From sequence record LT960552.1: DNA of 64,000 bases. One strand, written 5' to 3'. Positions 1 to 8,875 of the stretch are shown here, piece by piece. The notes under the pieces are model-generated. The model was not told the origin of the DNA and did no database searches. It worked only from the letters and a program-made list of their open reading frames with translations. Position 1 is the stretch's first letter; each line of letters starts with the position of its first letter. The position numbers and the translations under genes were made by a program.

Positions 1-181
1 TGCAGATATGAAAAAATTATCAGTACTATATCCTGGAATTTTATTCACGGTTAACGTTAGTATTCCTGATTATGAAGTAAATGAACTGCATTACTTCTAT
101 GAAGGCAAAACTCACGAAGCTGTGATCACATTCTCACCATTCGATGAAGAACTTTTGAAATAAATAAAGTACCACAAAAGA

Positions 182-210
182 TGAAACAGTATATTTTTTT
201 GTGGTATAAT
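182..210 (+). promoter_or_regulatory. TGAAAC-N17-TATAAT promoter (RNA-gene class), upstream of tRNA-Arg
   Basis: TGAAAC 182-187, TGG-TATAAT ending 210; same spacing in 8 copies. Confidence 0.8.
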
Positions 211-219
211 ATTAGTATT

Positions 220-293
220 CTCCTGTTAGCTCAATTGGATAGAGCAACAAACTTCTAATTTGTAGGTTACTGGTTCGAATCCAGTATGGGAGA
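220..293 (+). tRNA. tRNA-Arg(TCT)
   Basis: Acceptor CTCCTGT/ATGGGAG, anticodon arm ACAAA-CTTCTAA-TTTGT, T-loop TTCGAAT; CCA not encoded. Confidence 0.93.
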
Positions 294-331
294 CAAACAA
301 TATAGCCTAAGCATATGCTTAGGTTTTTTTA

Positions 332-736
332 TTGGTAAAATATATGAAAGAATTAACATATCCAGAAGAAATTTTTAAAGCACTTGAAGATATACATACA
401 AAGTTCATTATACCTAATGGTAAAGTTGATAGATTTGTATCTTGGTATGATTTGGACCGTGATTTAACCGATTATGGATTTGAAATATATCCATATAAAA
501 ATGATGAATCACCAGATCAAATATGTTTGTATGGAAGTATAGGTACTACATATATAACAAATCACACTCTTATTTTTTTTATACATGGTGGCGGAATTCC
601 TCCTTCATATATTGATGATTATATAAATCTTACCGAAGAACAACATTTTCAACTTGGAACAACTACCTTCCTTGCTGGAGTTTTTGAATTTAATGATTTT
701 AAGAAAATACACGAATACTTTAAGAAGATTACATAA
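332..736 (+). CDS. hypothetical protein, EEQHFQ-motif family
   Basis: ORF track; C-terminal TEEQHFQL motif. Confidence 0.7.
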   Translation: MVKYMKELTYPEEIFKALEDIHTKFIIPNGKVDRFVSWYDLDRDLTDYGFEIYPYKNDESPDQICLYGSIGTTYITNHTLIFFIHGGGIPPSYIDDYINLTEEQHFQLGTTTFLAGVFEFNDFKKIHEYFKKIT

Positions 737-1212
737 TGGAAAGAATATTAGTTTTTAATTATGAATATGAAACTCATGTTGAATACCCAGGTGGTCCTGG
801 TTGTCTTGGAAAAATTGAATGGAACGAAATTAGTGAAACGATATTTGAAATATTCGAATTACAAACTGATGGTACATATAGATTAATAACTCAATTTGAC
901 CAAACAGCATATACATTTGATGAAATATGTAACTATCAATACGATTTATATTTGTTAGTACTAACAAATGAGGCATATCATTTTAATAATATTCATGAAG
1001 AAAGAGTTGATCTGTTTGAAGAATTGTGTAAGAATGAACTTAACACTTTAAACAACCGAATGTGGATTGAGTACTGGATACAGTACCATCATACTAGATG
1101 GATAAATGATTATGAAGAAAAACAAGCCAGAAAAGCCGCTGAAGAAGCCGAAAGCCAATCCATTACCGTGGCTTCAACAATGGTTGAAAACGCCTCAGAT
1201 GCCTGTCAGTGA
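736..1212 (+). CDS. hypothetical protein
   Basis: ORF track, coupled to previous stop. Confidence 0.7.
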   Translation: MERILVFNYEYETHVEYPGGPGCLGKIEWNEISETIFEIFELQTDGTYRLITQFDQTAYTFDEICNYQYDLYLLVLTNEAYHFNNIHEERVDLFEELCKNELNTLNNRMWIEYWIQYHHTRWINDYEEKQARKAAEEAESQSITVASTMVENASDACQ

Positions 1213-1372
1213 GCTTCCTGAAGTTAATAAAAATAAAGGGGTTGACAATGAATCCAAACAGTAGTATAGTACATAAATCAACAAGACTTAGTGATGAAAC
1301 AAAATCTCGGCTGAAAGAAATGTTAAATCCATTAAGTAATGTGGTATTTGTCAACTTCAATAGGAAGTGATT

Positions 1373-1567
1373 ATGTCTCATTTTACAAATATTGTTAAAT
1401 TAGATGTTCAGAATGGTTATTGGTACGATGTTTATATGGAAGCAATTAATATTGCTAAAATGCTTGACAAGAACGTTGAATTCTTGTTTAATGGTGTTCA
1501 AATTACATTGAATAAAAATTCAAGTCCTGAATGTTTCGTTAAACAGTATGGAAAAGCGGTAATTTGA
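1373..1567 (+). CDS. hypothetical protein
   Basis: ORF with AGGAAG SD before ATG. Confidence 0.6.
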   Translation: MSHFTNIVKLDVQNGYWYDVYMEAINIAKMLDKNVEFLFNGVQITLNKNSSPECFVKQYGKAVI

Positions 1568-1598
1568 ATTCCAACTGTTTGAAAGTACTAAAAAAACT

Positions 1599-1627
1599 TG
1601 AAACAGTTTCTGAAAGTGTGGTATAAT
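1599..1627 (+). promoter_or_regulatory. TGAAAC-N17-TATAAT promoter upstream of CUA tRNA
   Basis: TGAAAC 1599-1604, TATAAT 1622-1627. Confidence 0.8.
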
Positions 1628-1644
1628 ATACGTATTGAAAGAAT

Positions 1645-1720
1645 GCCTTTGTAGCTCAGTGGTTAGAGCGGGAATCTCTAAAATTCTTTGTCGTCGGTTC
1701 GAGTCCGACCATCGGCACCA
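1645..1720 (+). tRNA. tRNA with CTA anticodon (amber-suppressor type)
   Basis: Anticodon arm GGAAT-CTCTAAA-ATTCT, canonical D and T arms, encoded CCA; two mismatches in acceptor stem. Confidence 0.85.
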
Positions 1721-1757
1721 AAATATAAGTGAGCTTTAGTGGTTCATTGGAAACAAT

Positions 1758-1847
1758 GCGGGTATGAGGATGGCGTACCTCAAACAGACAAAATACGTTC
1801 TGTTGCTGAAAGATGCTAAGATGGTTCAATTCCATCTACCCGCCGCA
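1758..1847 (+). ncRNA. tRNA-like RNA without a canonical anticodon loop
   Basis: Perfect 7-bp acceptor GCGGGTA/TACCCGC, T arm GATGG-TTCAATT-CCATC, stem AACAGA/TCTGTT with 10-nt loop. Confidence 0.6.
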
Positions 1848-1921
1848 CTAAAGGTAGCATCGAAAGATGAGAAAATAACACGAGGCGTCGGAATACGCCT
1901 ACACTTATAATCGTACAATGG

Positions 1922-1989
1922 GGCATATAGCCGATAACACCCTTTGGCTTCCAACGCGGTGTAGGGTGCGGAATATCCCCGCCATGCCA
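1922..1989 (+). pseudogene. possible decayed tRNA
   Basis: GGCAT/ATGCC ends, GCGG/CCGC arm with aberrant loop, CTTCCAA loop without a good stem. Confidence 0.3.
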
Positions 1990-2032
1990 ACTTTAATGTT
2001 GCGTAAGCTAATGCGTCGTAATGGGAGTTAAG

Positions 2033-2182
2033 ATGAAACCTGATTATATTGAATGTTTAGCAAGTGGTGCTGGACATAATTATCAAAAGCAGTCTATACC
2101 ATCAGAGTATATCTGTGGTACTGAAGGTTTAGAACCAACTAAAGTAGTACAATGTCAGTACTGCGGTGAAGAAAAGAAATAA
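2033..2182 (+). CDS. small Cys-containing protein (49 aa), not in ORF track
   Basis: GGAG SD, MKPDYIEC...QCQYCGEEKK. Confidence 0.55.
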   Translation: MKPDYIECLASGAGHNYQKQSIPSEYICGTEGLEPTKVVQCQYCGEEKK

Positions 2183-2188
2183 TTAAAC

Positions 2189-2266
2189 GGCCCTTTACAC
2201 ACTCGCGTGAATGTGCTCTCCTCATAAGAGATGATAAGCTGGGTTAGACTCCCAGAAGGGCCACCA
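2189..2266 (+). tRNA. tRNA(CAT), Ile2-like acceptor, atypical D and T loops
   Basis: GGCCCTT/AAGGGCC-A-CCA, loop CTCATAA, T-loop TTAGACT. Confidence 0.75.
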
Positions 2267-2284
2267 TATTTTAAATGTATTTAA

Positions 2285-2686
2285 ATGAAAATTGAATTAG
2301 AATATCCATATAATCAAGATTGGAAAAGTGGATACCTTGTGGTAAATCCAGAAGGAAGAAAAACCGTAATACTATTCAATAGTGATAAAAATAGATCTTC
2401 AACTGCATATGCAAGATATTTGCTTGCAGTAAAAGAAGGTCGATATTTAACTGAAAATGAACAAGCGGATCACAAAGATACCGATAAAACAAATGATTCT
2501 ATTGATAATCTTCAAATTCTAAGTATTGAAGAACACAAAGAAAAAACTATTTTTGAATTTTCTGGTAAAACATATATTGACTTTATATGTGAAACATGTA
2601 ATAATCCTTTTAAGCGTGAAATTAGGCAAGTAAAGACCTATACAAAATATTGTAGTAGAGAATGCTCATACAAACGAACCAAATAA
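2285..2686 (+). CDS. HNH endonuclease with C-terminal Zn finger
   Basis: DHKDTDKTNDSIDNL HNH motif; CETC...YCSREC. Confidence 0.85.
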   Translation: MKIELEYPYNQDWKSGYLVVNPEGRKTVILFNSDKNRSSTAYARYLLAVKEGRYLTENEQADHKDTDKTNDSIDNLQILSIEEHKEKTIFEFSGKTYIDFICETCNNPFKREIRQVKTYTKYCSRECSYKRTK

Positions 2687-2701
2687 TCGGAGTACTGAAA
2701 C

Positions 2702-3022
2702 ATGAACCAGAACTACATGATGCCGTATCAAGGCAAAACCATCGCTGAAGAATCAATCGAATTGGCACAAACTTTCGTTGATCACTTCAAAGATAAGTTT
2801 GATTTCACTCCGCACATCAATGCGATTGCTGAAGATATTGAAAACTACGTGTTCAGCGGCAATTGGGATCATACCATTGAAGTTGAAGTTGACGGTGTTC
2901 CGTGGATTCGTGTTATTCAAGAAGATGAATACGACCAGCATATGGACGAAGACGACGAAGAAACACCATCTAATGATGATGTTGATTATGTCGGCGGCTA
3001 TTACGTCATGCTGGTGAATTAA
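2702..3022 (+). CDS. acidic hypothetical protein
   Basis: ORF track. Confidence 0.7.
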   Translation: MNQNYMMPYQGKTIAEESIELAQTFVDHFKDKFDFTPHINAIAEDIENYVFSGNWDHTIEVEVDGVPWIRVIQEDEYDQHMDEDDEETPSNDDVDYVGGYYVMLVN

Positions 3023-3024
3023 GA

Positions 3025-3186
3025 TACACGCTACTTGATCGTAGCTAGGGGAATTGTTATCCTCGAATGTAGCCAGTTAATCGCGGTAAAATAAACTCTA
3101 ATGTAAGAGTACTTACATCTTGACGTGGCAAGAATGGGATGGGGCTGGAGAGGAAACTCTGTGAAGGTCACGACCCCCAACCATTA
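3025..3186 (+). ncRNA. structured intergenic region, candidate small ncRNA
   Basis: Hairpins GCTAC/GTAGC, ATGTAAG/CTTACAT, AGAG-GAAA-CTCT, TGGGG/CCCCA. Confidence 0.35.
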
Positions 3187-3358
3187 ACTATTAATTGAGG
3201 TTATATGAATTACTTAAAACATAAGTTACATTTAATATTATTTTCAATATTAGTACTATCAGTATTGGGTATTATTACCAATTCTATTGCAGAAGGTATA
3301 GATCGTATAATTTCTCAAGAAATGGTAGATAATACTTATAAAATTAACAGGTGATAAA

Positions 3359-3604
3359 ATGACACTTGAAGAAATACAAAAAAAGCTTGACAATTCTTTT
3401 CAAAATGGTTATTATATTCGTCGCCCTCACTTTAATGCGGTTGATAATAATTTCGGAAATGTCAATGCTAAAATTGAATGTTATATTTCTCGTACAGGAA
3501 ATGTGTATGACATCCGTTATGAAAATAACAAGATTACATCAGTTGTTAGTACGGTTTTCACATTAATTGAAAAACAAACTGATGATTGGGAGATTGTAAT
3601 ATGA
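3359..3604 (+). CDS. hypothetical protein
   Basis: ORF track. Confidence 0.65.
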   Translation: MTLEEIQKKLDNSFQNGYYIRRPHFNAVDNNFGNVNAKIECYISRTGNVYDIRYENNKITSVVSTVFTLIEKQTDDWEIVI

Positions 3605-3791
3605 TATTAACCCTAATTTTTTTGTGGAGTCTATTAAACGGTATTTCATGTTGGACTATGGCTATTATGGCTATATTAACATCAGAATATCAAATATTTT
3701 GCAATAAGGCTGGGAATGGATTTTTATATACACTAATATGTATTGATTCATATCTACGAATTTTTTCTAATACCCATACAGGACTGTGGTA

Positions 3792-4226
3792 ATGAAAACA
3801 TTAACTACTTCAGATTTTAAAATTCAAGAACTTTCTAAAATGTGTATAGATTCACATCTATTTCATTCATATACATGGACAATGTTTCAATGTTTCAATG
3901 ATGTAATTGATGATGATGAAATAGCAAAAAATTCTGAAATAATCATTTTACAAGATGATTTTGGAAAAAATATTGGTGCTATATTTCATAACGATGAAAA
4001 TCATTATTTTGGTACTAATATTCAAGTATTTGTGTTAGAATCAAAACGTGGTAATGGTTATGGAAAATTTTTGTACAAAGAAATGAATAAATTTCTTATT
4101 AAACAAAAATTTGATGGGACATTGTATGCAGGATCAGGGATCGTTGGATCAATGGATTTTTGGGATAAAATGTCAAAATTACATGAAAGTACTGAATGCT
4201 TAGAACTACATGCTGAGTACTTTTAA
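3792..4226 (+). CDS. GNAT-family acetyltransferase
   Basis: Motif A VFVLESKRGNGYGKFLY. Confidence 0.75.
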   Translation: MKTLTTSDFKIQELSKMCIDSHLFHSYTWTMFQCFNDVIDDDEIAKNSEIIILQDDFGKNIGAIFHNDENHYFGTNIQVFVLESKRGNGYGKFLYKEMNKFLIKQKFDGTLYAGSGIVGSMDFWDKMSKLHESTECLELHAEYF

Positions 4227-4237
4227 TATATAATATT

Positions 4238-4322
4238 GCGTTTGTGGTGAAATTGGTAACCACAGGGGACTTAAAATCCCCCGCCCGTATAGGGCTTGTC
4301 GGTTCGAGTCCGACCAGACGCA
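4238..4322 (+). tRNA. tRNA-Leu(TAA)
   Basis: GGGGA-CTTAAAA-TCCCC, long variable arm, T-loop TTCGAGT. Confidence 0.95.
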
Positions 4323-4454
4323 CAAAAATTTTCAAGGCGATATGAGCTATCCACATAATATAATTAATGTATATGGTACTGAATAACCGTATTAAAAACT
4401 GCATAGTAATAATATTAAAGTTACGTATTATCGAAATGATGAAAAGGAACAATT

Positions 4455-4757
4455 ATGAAAAAGATCTTTGTAGTACCAAATGGTGAAAGTAATTTTGGTG
4501 TTAGTATGGTAGCACTTACCGAAGATGGTGATTGTATCGCTGGTCATCTAAGTAGTAATACTACATGGGGCCGCCATGACATGGGCATTGGTTCTGATTG
4601 GAAGCACGATCTTTATGATAAAGAATATGGTGCTGGTGAATGGGAACTGTTGTATGCTGATGATATCGTTATGAATTCACCTGAATTTTTACTCGCAGTT
4701 CAGCGTAATCATGAAAAAGCAGAACTCGCAGAAACTGAAGATGAAGAAACTGAGTAA
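4455..4757 (+). CDS. hypothetical protein
   Basis: ORF with AAGGA SD. Confidence 0.7.
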   Translation: MKKIFVVPNGESNFGVSMVALTEDGDCIAGHLSSNTTWGRHDMGIGSDWKHDLYDKEYGAGEWELLYADDIVMNSPEFLLAVQRNHEKAELAETEDEETE

Positions 4758-4814
4758 GTGTTCTGTTAACGGAATCTAATCTTTTATGTAATCAATAAAT
4801 TATAAAGGTAAAAT

Positions 4815-5048
4815 ATGAAAATTATCGAAGATGCAGTACTTGCAAAAATGAACCTACAGCGTTTGAAAACTCATCGTACTTCAGTACTGGCTAGCATCAA
4901 CAAAGAGTTTTTTGATTATACTAAAGATGACGACCAAATTCGTTTTCCGGTAAATCATGATACTCAAGAATATTTCGATGCAATTGAGTATCGTAATAAG
5001 GTTAATAAACATTACAATGCTGCTCGTACAGCAGTTAAGGTGAAATAA
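4815..5048 (+). CDS. hypothetical protein
   Basis: ORF track. Confidence 0.65.
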   Translation: MKIIEDAVLAKMNLQRLKTHRTSVLASINKEFFDYTKDDDQIRFPVNHDTQEYFDAIEYRNKVNKHYNAARTAVKVK

Positions 5049-5266
5049 TGTGGATTATATGTGATTCATTTGATAAAATACCAGTAGGTACTTGGCTTGG
5101 AACTGCATTAGAAACAGATCAAGATAACAATAAAGTACTGGTAAAGATTGAAGTGATCACAGCATCTACATTTACTTTATGTGTTGTCGATGGTGCTAAC
5201 GCATCTGACCGTGATTACTTGAAGCTTCTTGCATATTGCGAACCTCCTAAATTATTCGGAGAATAA
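5048..5266 (+). CDS. hypothetical protein
   Basis: ORF track, coupled. Confidence 0.65.
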   Translation: MWIICDSFDKIPVGTWLGTALETDQDNNKVLVKIEVITASTFTLCVVDGANASDRDYLKLLAYCEPPKLFGE

Positions 5267-5267
5267 T

Positions 5268-5732
5268 ATGATTGGTAGTACTGTAATATTTGAATATCAT
5301 GAAATGTGTTATCCTTACCATATTGCATGTTTTCATACCCATAAACAACTGACCAATGAAGAACTTGAAGCAGAGATGTGTAAAGTACTTGGTTGGGATG
5401 AAATGGATGATTGGCACCGCCATTCTTTAACTTTTATTGATCATAACCGTCTACGGGGATTATCAATTTTGGGTGAAGAAATTGATCCTGATGTTCATCG
5501 TGTGTTGAAACGATTCTTTCCTGAATCGTTAAAAGGTATAGCTGATGATGAATCATTCGGTAATTTTAGTTATCAGTACTATGATGCTAAAGCTAATGAA
5601 GTAGTTTGGATGAATTTGTATCAAGATGAACTAACTGAACGTTTACGTGAATTACAAAAAGCATCTGCTGCTGCATTTCAAGAACGCCGTGCACGTGAAA
5701 AAGAGGATATGAGAAATGTCAATAAAAGTTGA
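5268..5732 (+). CDS. hypothetical protein
   Basis: ATG after GGAG SD. Confidence 0.65.
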   Translation: MIGSTVIFEYHEMCYPYHIACFHTHKQLTNEELEAEMCKVLGWDEMDDWHRHSLTFIDHNRLRGLSILGEEIDPDVHRVLKRFFPESLKGIADDESFGNFSYQYYDAKANEVVWMNLYQDELTERLRELQKASAAAFQERRAREKEDMRNVNKS

Positions 5733-5912
5733 TCCAGAAACACAAAAAGCTGTAGATCCTGAGAGTATTGGTAAAGATTCATGGAAACGCTTTTTGTTAG
5801 CAGTACTTATAGTTTCTGCTGCAATCATCACTTATAAGATTTTGTAAAAAGTACTTGACATATAGAAAATTTTATAGTACTATATGTCGAGTTGAATTAA
5901 TTCATAGGTATT

Positions 5913-6143
5913 TTGATGAAAATTTTATTTTGTTGGTTAATTGGTGCAATGTCTGTTATTTTAGGTATGATGTTTACGGCTTGGAGAACGGCAACATTGC
6001 CACAAGGTAATTTGTATTTTTTATCTCCAGATGACCGGTTGTTAGTTAGTTTATGGACTGGTGGATTGTACTGTATGTGGTTTATAATTGTATCATTTTG
6101 TTTATGGTTAGTTTTTAAAGGTATTGATTATGCATATGAATAA
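5913..6143 (+). CDS. small membrane protein
   Basis: Two hydrophobic segments; sigma70-like promoter TTGACA-N17-TACTAT upstream. Confidence 0.6.
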   Translation: MMKILFCWLIGAMSVILGMMFTAWRTATLPQGNLYFLSPDDRLLVSLWTGGLYCMWFIIVSFCLWLVFKGIDYAYE

Positions 6144-6543
6144 AGTTCTTAATACTTGGATCGAAAATGTAAAAACTTATCCACCATCTGAAATCTTTTT
6201 TGAAAAGTACGGAAAAGATGCCAAAGCAGAAGAACGATTAAAAGTAATTTGCGAAGAGATGTATCGCTTTGTATTTCCAGAAGGAAAACCTAATTTATTG
6301 AGTAATCTTGGTTCTTCATATCGTGATTTTGAAGTTGCTTATATCATGGGTTTTGATGGTATGAAGCCTGAATATATTACCAAAGTTAAAGACCAATTTT
6401 TGATTGATGTTAAAGAAACAATCAAAGCGATGGATGATATGTGTAAAAAGGATCAAATCTTACAGCAATATTATACGCAATGGAAACTGAAATTTTCAGA
6501 TATTAATTCAATTGTTTATGATATGACTAAGGACTATGTATGA
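6136..6543 (+). CDS. hypothetical protein
   Basis: ORF track. Confidence 0.65.
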   Translation: MNKVLNTWIENVKTYPPSEIFFEKYGKDAKAEERLKVICEEMYRFVFPEGKPNLLSNLGSSYRDFEVAYIMGFDGMKPEYITKVKDQFLIDVKETIKAMDDMCKKDQILQQYYTQWKLKFSDINSIVYDMTKDYV

Positions 6544-6722
6544 AAATTTTCACCTTAGAGATGTCATATTATGGTTGCGTAGTGGTAATAGATGAAACAA
6601 TTGAATCAGCATGGATTCGTATTAAAAATGAACATCCAGTTGCTGTAAATTATAAAATATCTGATGTTAAAGAAAATGATATTGGAATTGATTTTATTTT
6701 CTCAAATTTTGGAGATTTATAA
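6540..6722 (+). CDS. hypothetical protein
   Basis: ORF track, coupled. Confidence 0.6.
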   Translation: MKIFTLEMSYYGCVVVIDETIESAWIRIKNEHPVAVNYKISDVKENDIGIDFIFSNFGDL

Positions 6723-7036
6723 TGAAAAAGTTTAATTATACAACTAAAAATATTTTAGTATCACCGATAATTGAATTAGTTGATCGTGCGATAGATTATG
6801 ATTATAATAATATCAGTTATTGGAATGAAGTTCGTGAAAGAATTGTCGATAATATACTAGAGGGTGTTTCATTAATTTGGGTGGAATATTTAACATTTGT
6901 ATTGACAATTGAAATATTAGATCCAGAATTAAATTATTCAGATAAACTTGATAAAGCTATTGACGATTTAGCTGGATACTGTTATGATTACGAATGTAAT
7001 ATTCGTATCGGTGGTGAAATAGTAAAGAGTGATTAA
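6722..7036 (+). CDS. hypothetical protein
   Basis: ORF track, coupled. Confidence 0.65.
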   Translation: MKKFNYTTKNILVSPIIELVDRAIDYDYNNISYWNEVRERIVDNILEGVSLIWVEYLTFVLTIEILDPELNYSDKLDKAIDDLAGYCYDYECNIRIGGEIVKSD

Positions 7037-7042
7037 AAATAC

Positions 7043-7156
7043 GCAGTGATCGTCTAGAGGCTTAGGACACGAAAAGCGATTCTTGATTAAGAATCTTACG
7101 GCATCCACAACTTTCATTCAACGAACGTAACGCAGGTTCGAATCCTGCTCACTGCA
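7043..7156 (+). ncRNA. CAGCA-module element 1: Glu-type tRNA body with anticodon arm replaced by module
   Basis: GCAGTGA/TCACTGC acceptor, D arm GTCTAGAGGCTTAGGAC, T arm GCAGG-TTCGAAT-CCTGC; insert GATTCTT..AAGAATC-TTACGGCAT. Confidence 0.8.
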
Positions 7157-7177
7157 CAAAAATTAAAAAGGTATTAT

Positions 7178-7552
7178 ATGAAACTTGAATATACTCCAGT
7201 ACCACATAAAATCGGTCCATTATTTGAAATTACGGTTGCACATGAACATGGTGATAGTGATAAATTAAACTACCATACATTGAAACTTGAAACTGCATCT
7301 GAAGATGAATTATTGACAGTACTAAAATATATAAATGAAACTTCAGACCAGATTAACGAAAAACGCTGGTATGATAAAAAACTTCCATTGAATTTTAGTT
7401 ATGACCATGATGTTCAATACGCTGAGGGTAAAACCTTGTATTTTGCATTACAACCAGATTCTATCTATAGTGAACCATATGCGGCGATTTCAATAAAAGA
7501 AGTTCGTTTTATTGATGCAAATGGTGTTGAATCAATAGTTCAAGGTTGGTAA
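7178..7552 (+). CDS. hypothetical protein, paralog of 9893..10498 (EHGD motif)
   Basis: HEHGDSD vs YEHGDAD N-terminal motif. Confidence 0.65.
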   Translation: MKLEYTPVPHKIGPLFEITVAHEHGDSDKLNYHTLKLETASEDELLTVLKYINETSDQINEKRWYDKKLPLNFSYDHDVQYAEGKTLYFALQPDSIYSEPYAAISIKEVRFIDANGVESIVQGW

Positions 7553-7553
7553 T

Positions 7554-7856
7554 ATGAAAAGTATTTTGATTTTTGAATATGCAGCAACTGGTGAAGGTTG
7601 TCGTACTGTAATTCGTTTTCATAATCAAAGCCGTATTACAGATGAAGCAGCGATTGAAACATTAAAAACAGAATTTGATCCGTATTTTCATGTAGGTTTT
7701 GAATTACATGATATCAGTACTGTAAAAGATAATGAATCAGTTATGCGAACTTTGAAAGAACATGTACCAATTTTATACAATTATGTTATGTTGCCGCCTG
7801 ATAGTTATCATCCGGTAATTCATGTAAAATATGAAGGTTATGTAAACTATTCATAA
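7554..7856 (+). CDS. hypothetical protein
   Basis: ORF track. Confidence 0.65.
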   Translation: MKSILIFEYAATGEGCRTVIRFHNQSRITDEAAIETLKTEFDPYFHVGFELHDISTVKDNESVMRTLKEHVPILYNYVMLPPDSYHPVIHVKYEGYVNYS

Positions 7857-7865
7857 AAGTAATTT

Positions 7866-7991
7866 GTGGGGTTAGCTCAGTTTGGTAGAGCAGCGAAAGA
7901 AACCAAAATGGAATCTTGAAAAGGATTCTAACAGCATTATATCTTCTACTGTAAATTCGCGGGTCGGTGTGTTCAAATCCACCACCCCACA
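7866..7991 (+). ncRNA. CAGCA-module element 2: tRNA interrupted by 51-nt module insert (GTA loop retained)
   Basis: GTGGGGT/ACCCCAC acceptor; GCGAA-[insert 7898-7948]-CTGTAAA-TTCGC; insert has GAATC..GATTC stem then TAACAGCAT. Confidence 0.85.
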
Positions 7992-8146
7992 CAAAATTGG
8001 TAAAAAAGCTCTGCGGTGGGACATTATATTCATCCACATGTTATTAGTTATTTTAAACAATCTGGTGAATATTTCAATGAATTGGATAAAACCGAACCAA
8101 GTAAATCAGATGTTAGTGGTGAACCAACAATAACTGGAAAATAAAA

Positions 8147-8509
8147 ATGAAAGTATATATTGATGACATTCGCGATCCAAAAAAGTACTTGACACCAGAA
8201 CAGGCCGATGGTATTGTATGGATTAAAGAAGCATGGAATGCACGTAACTTTTTAGTTGAACATGAATCCGTGATTGAAGTACTTCATCTTGATAATTACC
8301 TTGATGATGAATTCATTACCGGAACAGATATATTCTTTATGGTTGCAGGTGAAACCATATGGGGTGATCGGTCAGAATGGGCTAATCTTAAAACAATTTA
8401 TTTGCATTCATCAGATACTGATGTAATTGAAAAGTTGATGAAATATAAAGATGAGCTTCAAACAGCAGGGGTTGAATTAATTGACAACCACCAAGAAAGG
8501 AACTACTAA
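8147..8509 (+). CDS. cyclic-phosphate-processing receiver (cREC)-like domain protein
   Basis: KVYIDDIR..W..LHLDNYL..GTDI pattern of this receiver-fold family (recalled, not searched). Confidence 0.7.
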   Translation: MKVYIDDIRDPKKYLTPEQADGIVWIKEAWNARNFLVEHESVIEVLHLDNYLDDEFITGTDIFFMVAGETIWGDRSEWANLKTIYLHSSDTDVIEKLMKYKDELQTAGVELIDNHQERNY

Positions 8510-8869
8510 ATGAAAGTTTACGTAGATGATATTCGTAATCCAGCTAACCATCTCAGTACTGAACAGGCTGAAGGTATTATTTGGATTAAAGAGTGGTGGG
8601 AAGCACGTAACTTCATTTTGAAGAATGGATTAGATATTGAAGTATTGCACTTTGATAATTTTTTAGGTGATCCAAATCGTCGAACTGGTGGTGATATTCT
8701 AAGTTCAGTAATGTATCGTTTAAAACGTGGTAAATTTCCTAATTTGAAACAAATTTATTTACATAGTTCAGATAAAGAAGTAATTGATAAATTATATGAT
8801 TCATTTATTGAACATTGTAATGAATATGGAATTGAGTTAATAAAAAATTCACGTCCAAATCGTAGTTAA
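8510..8869 (+). CDS. cREC-like domain protein, tandem paralog
   Basis: KVYVDDIR..W..LHFDNFLG..GGDI; obvious paralog of upstream ORF. Confidence 0.7.
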   Translation: MKVYVDDIRNPANHLSTEQAEGIIWIKEWWEARNFILKNGLDIEVLHFDNFLGDPNRRTGGDILSSVMYRLKRGKFPNLKQIYLHSSDKEVIDKLYDSFIEHCNEYGIELIKNSRPNRS

Positions 8870-8875
8870 ACAAAT

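Noticed and set aside
1758-1847. tRNA-Sec call
   Set aside because: No TCA anticodon in a 7-nt loop and no CCA end.
6455-6475. AAATCT-TACAGCAA resembling the module inside ORF 6136..6543
   Set aside because: Lies in a coding region with no convincing partner strand for the stem; treated as chance.
7898-7948. Group I/II intron or BHB intron in the interrupted tRNA
   Set aside because: Only 51 nt, with no catalytic core motifs and no clear bulge-helix-bulge.
7786-8133. ORFs 7786..8037, 7872..8060 and 7882..8133, and similar short ORFs over tRNAs (4099, 15611-15933, 17683, 30029, 31246, 31351)
   Set aside because: Shadow frames overlapping RNA genes or real genes; no SD or plausible composition.
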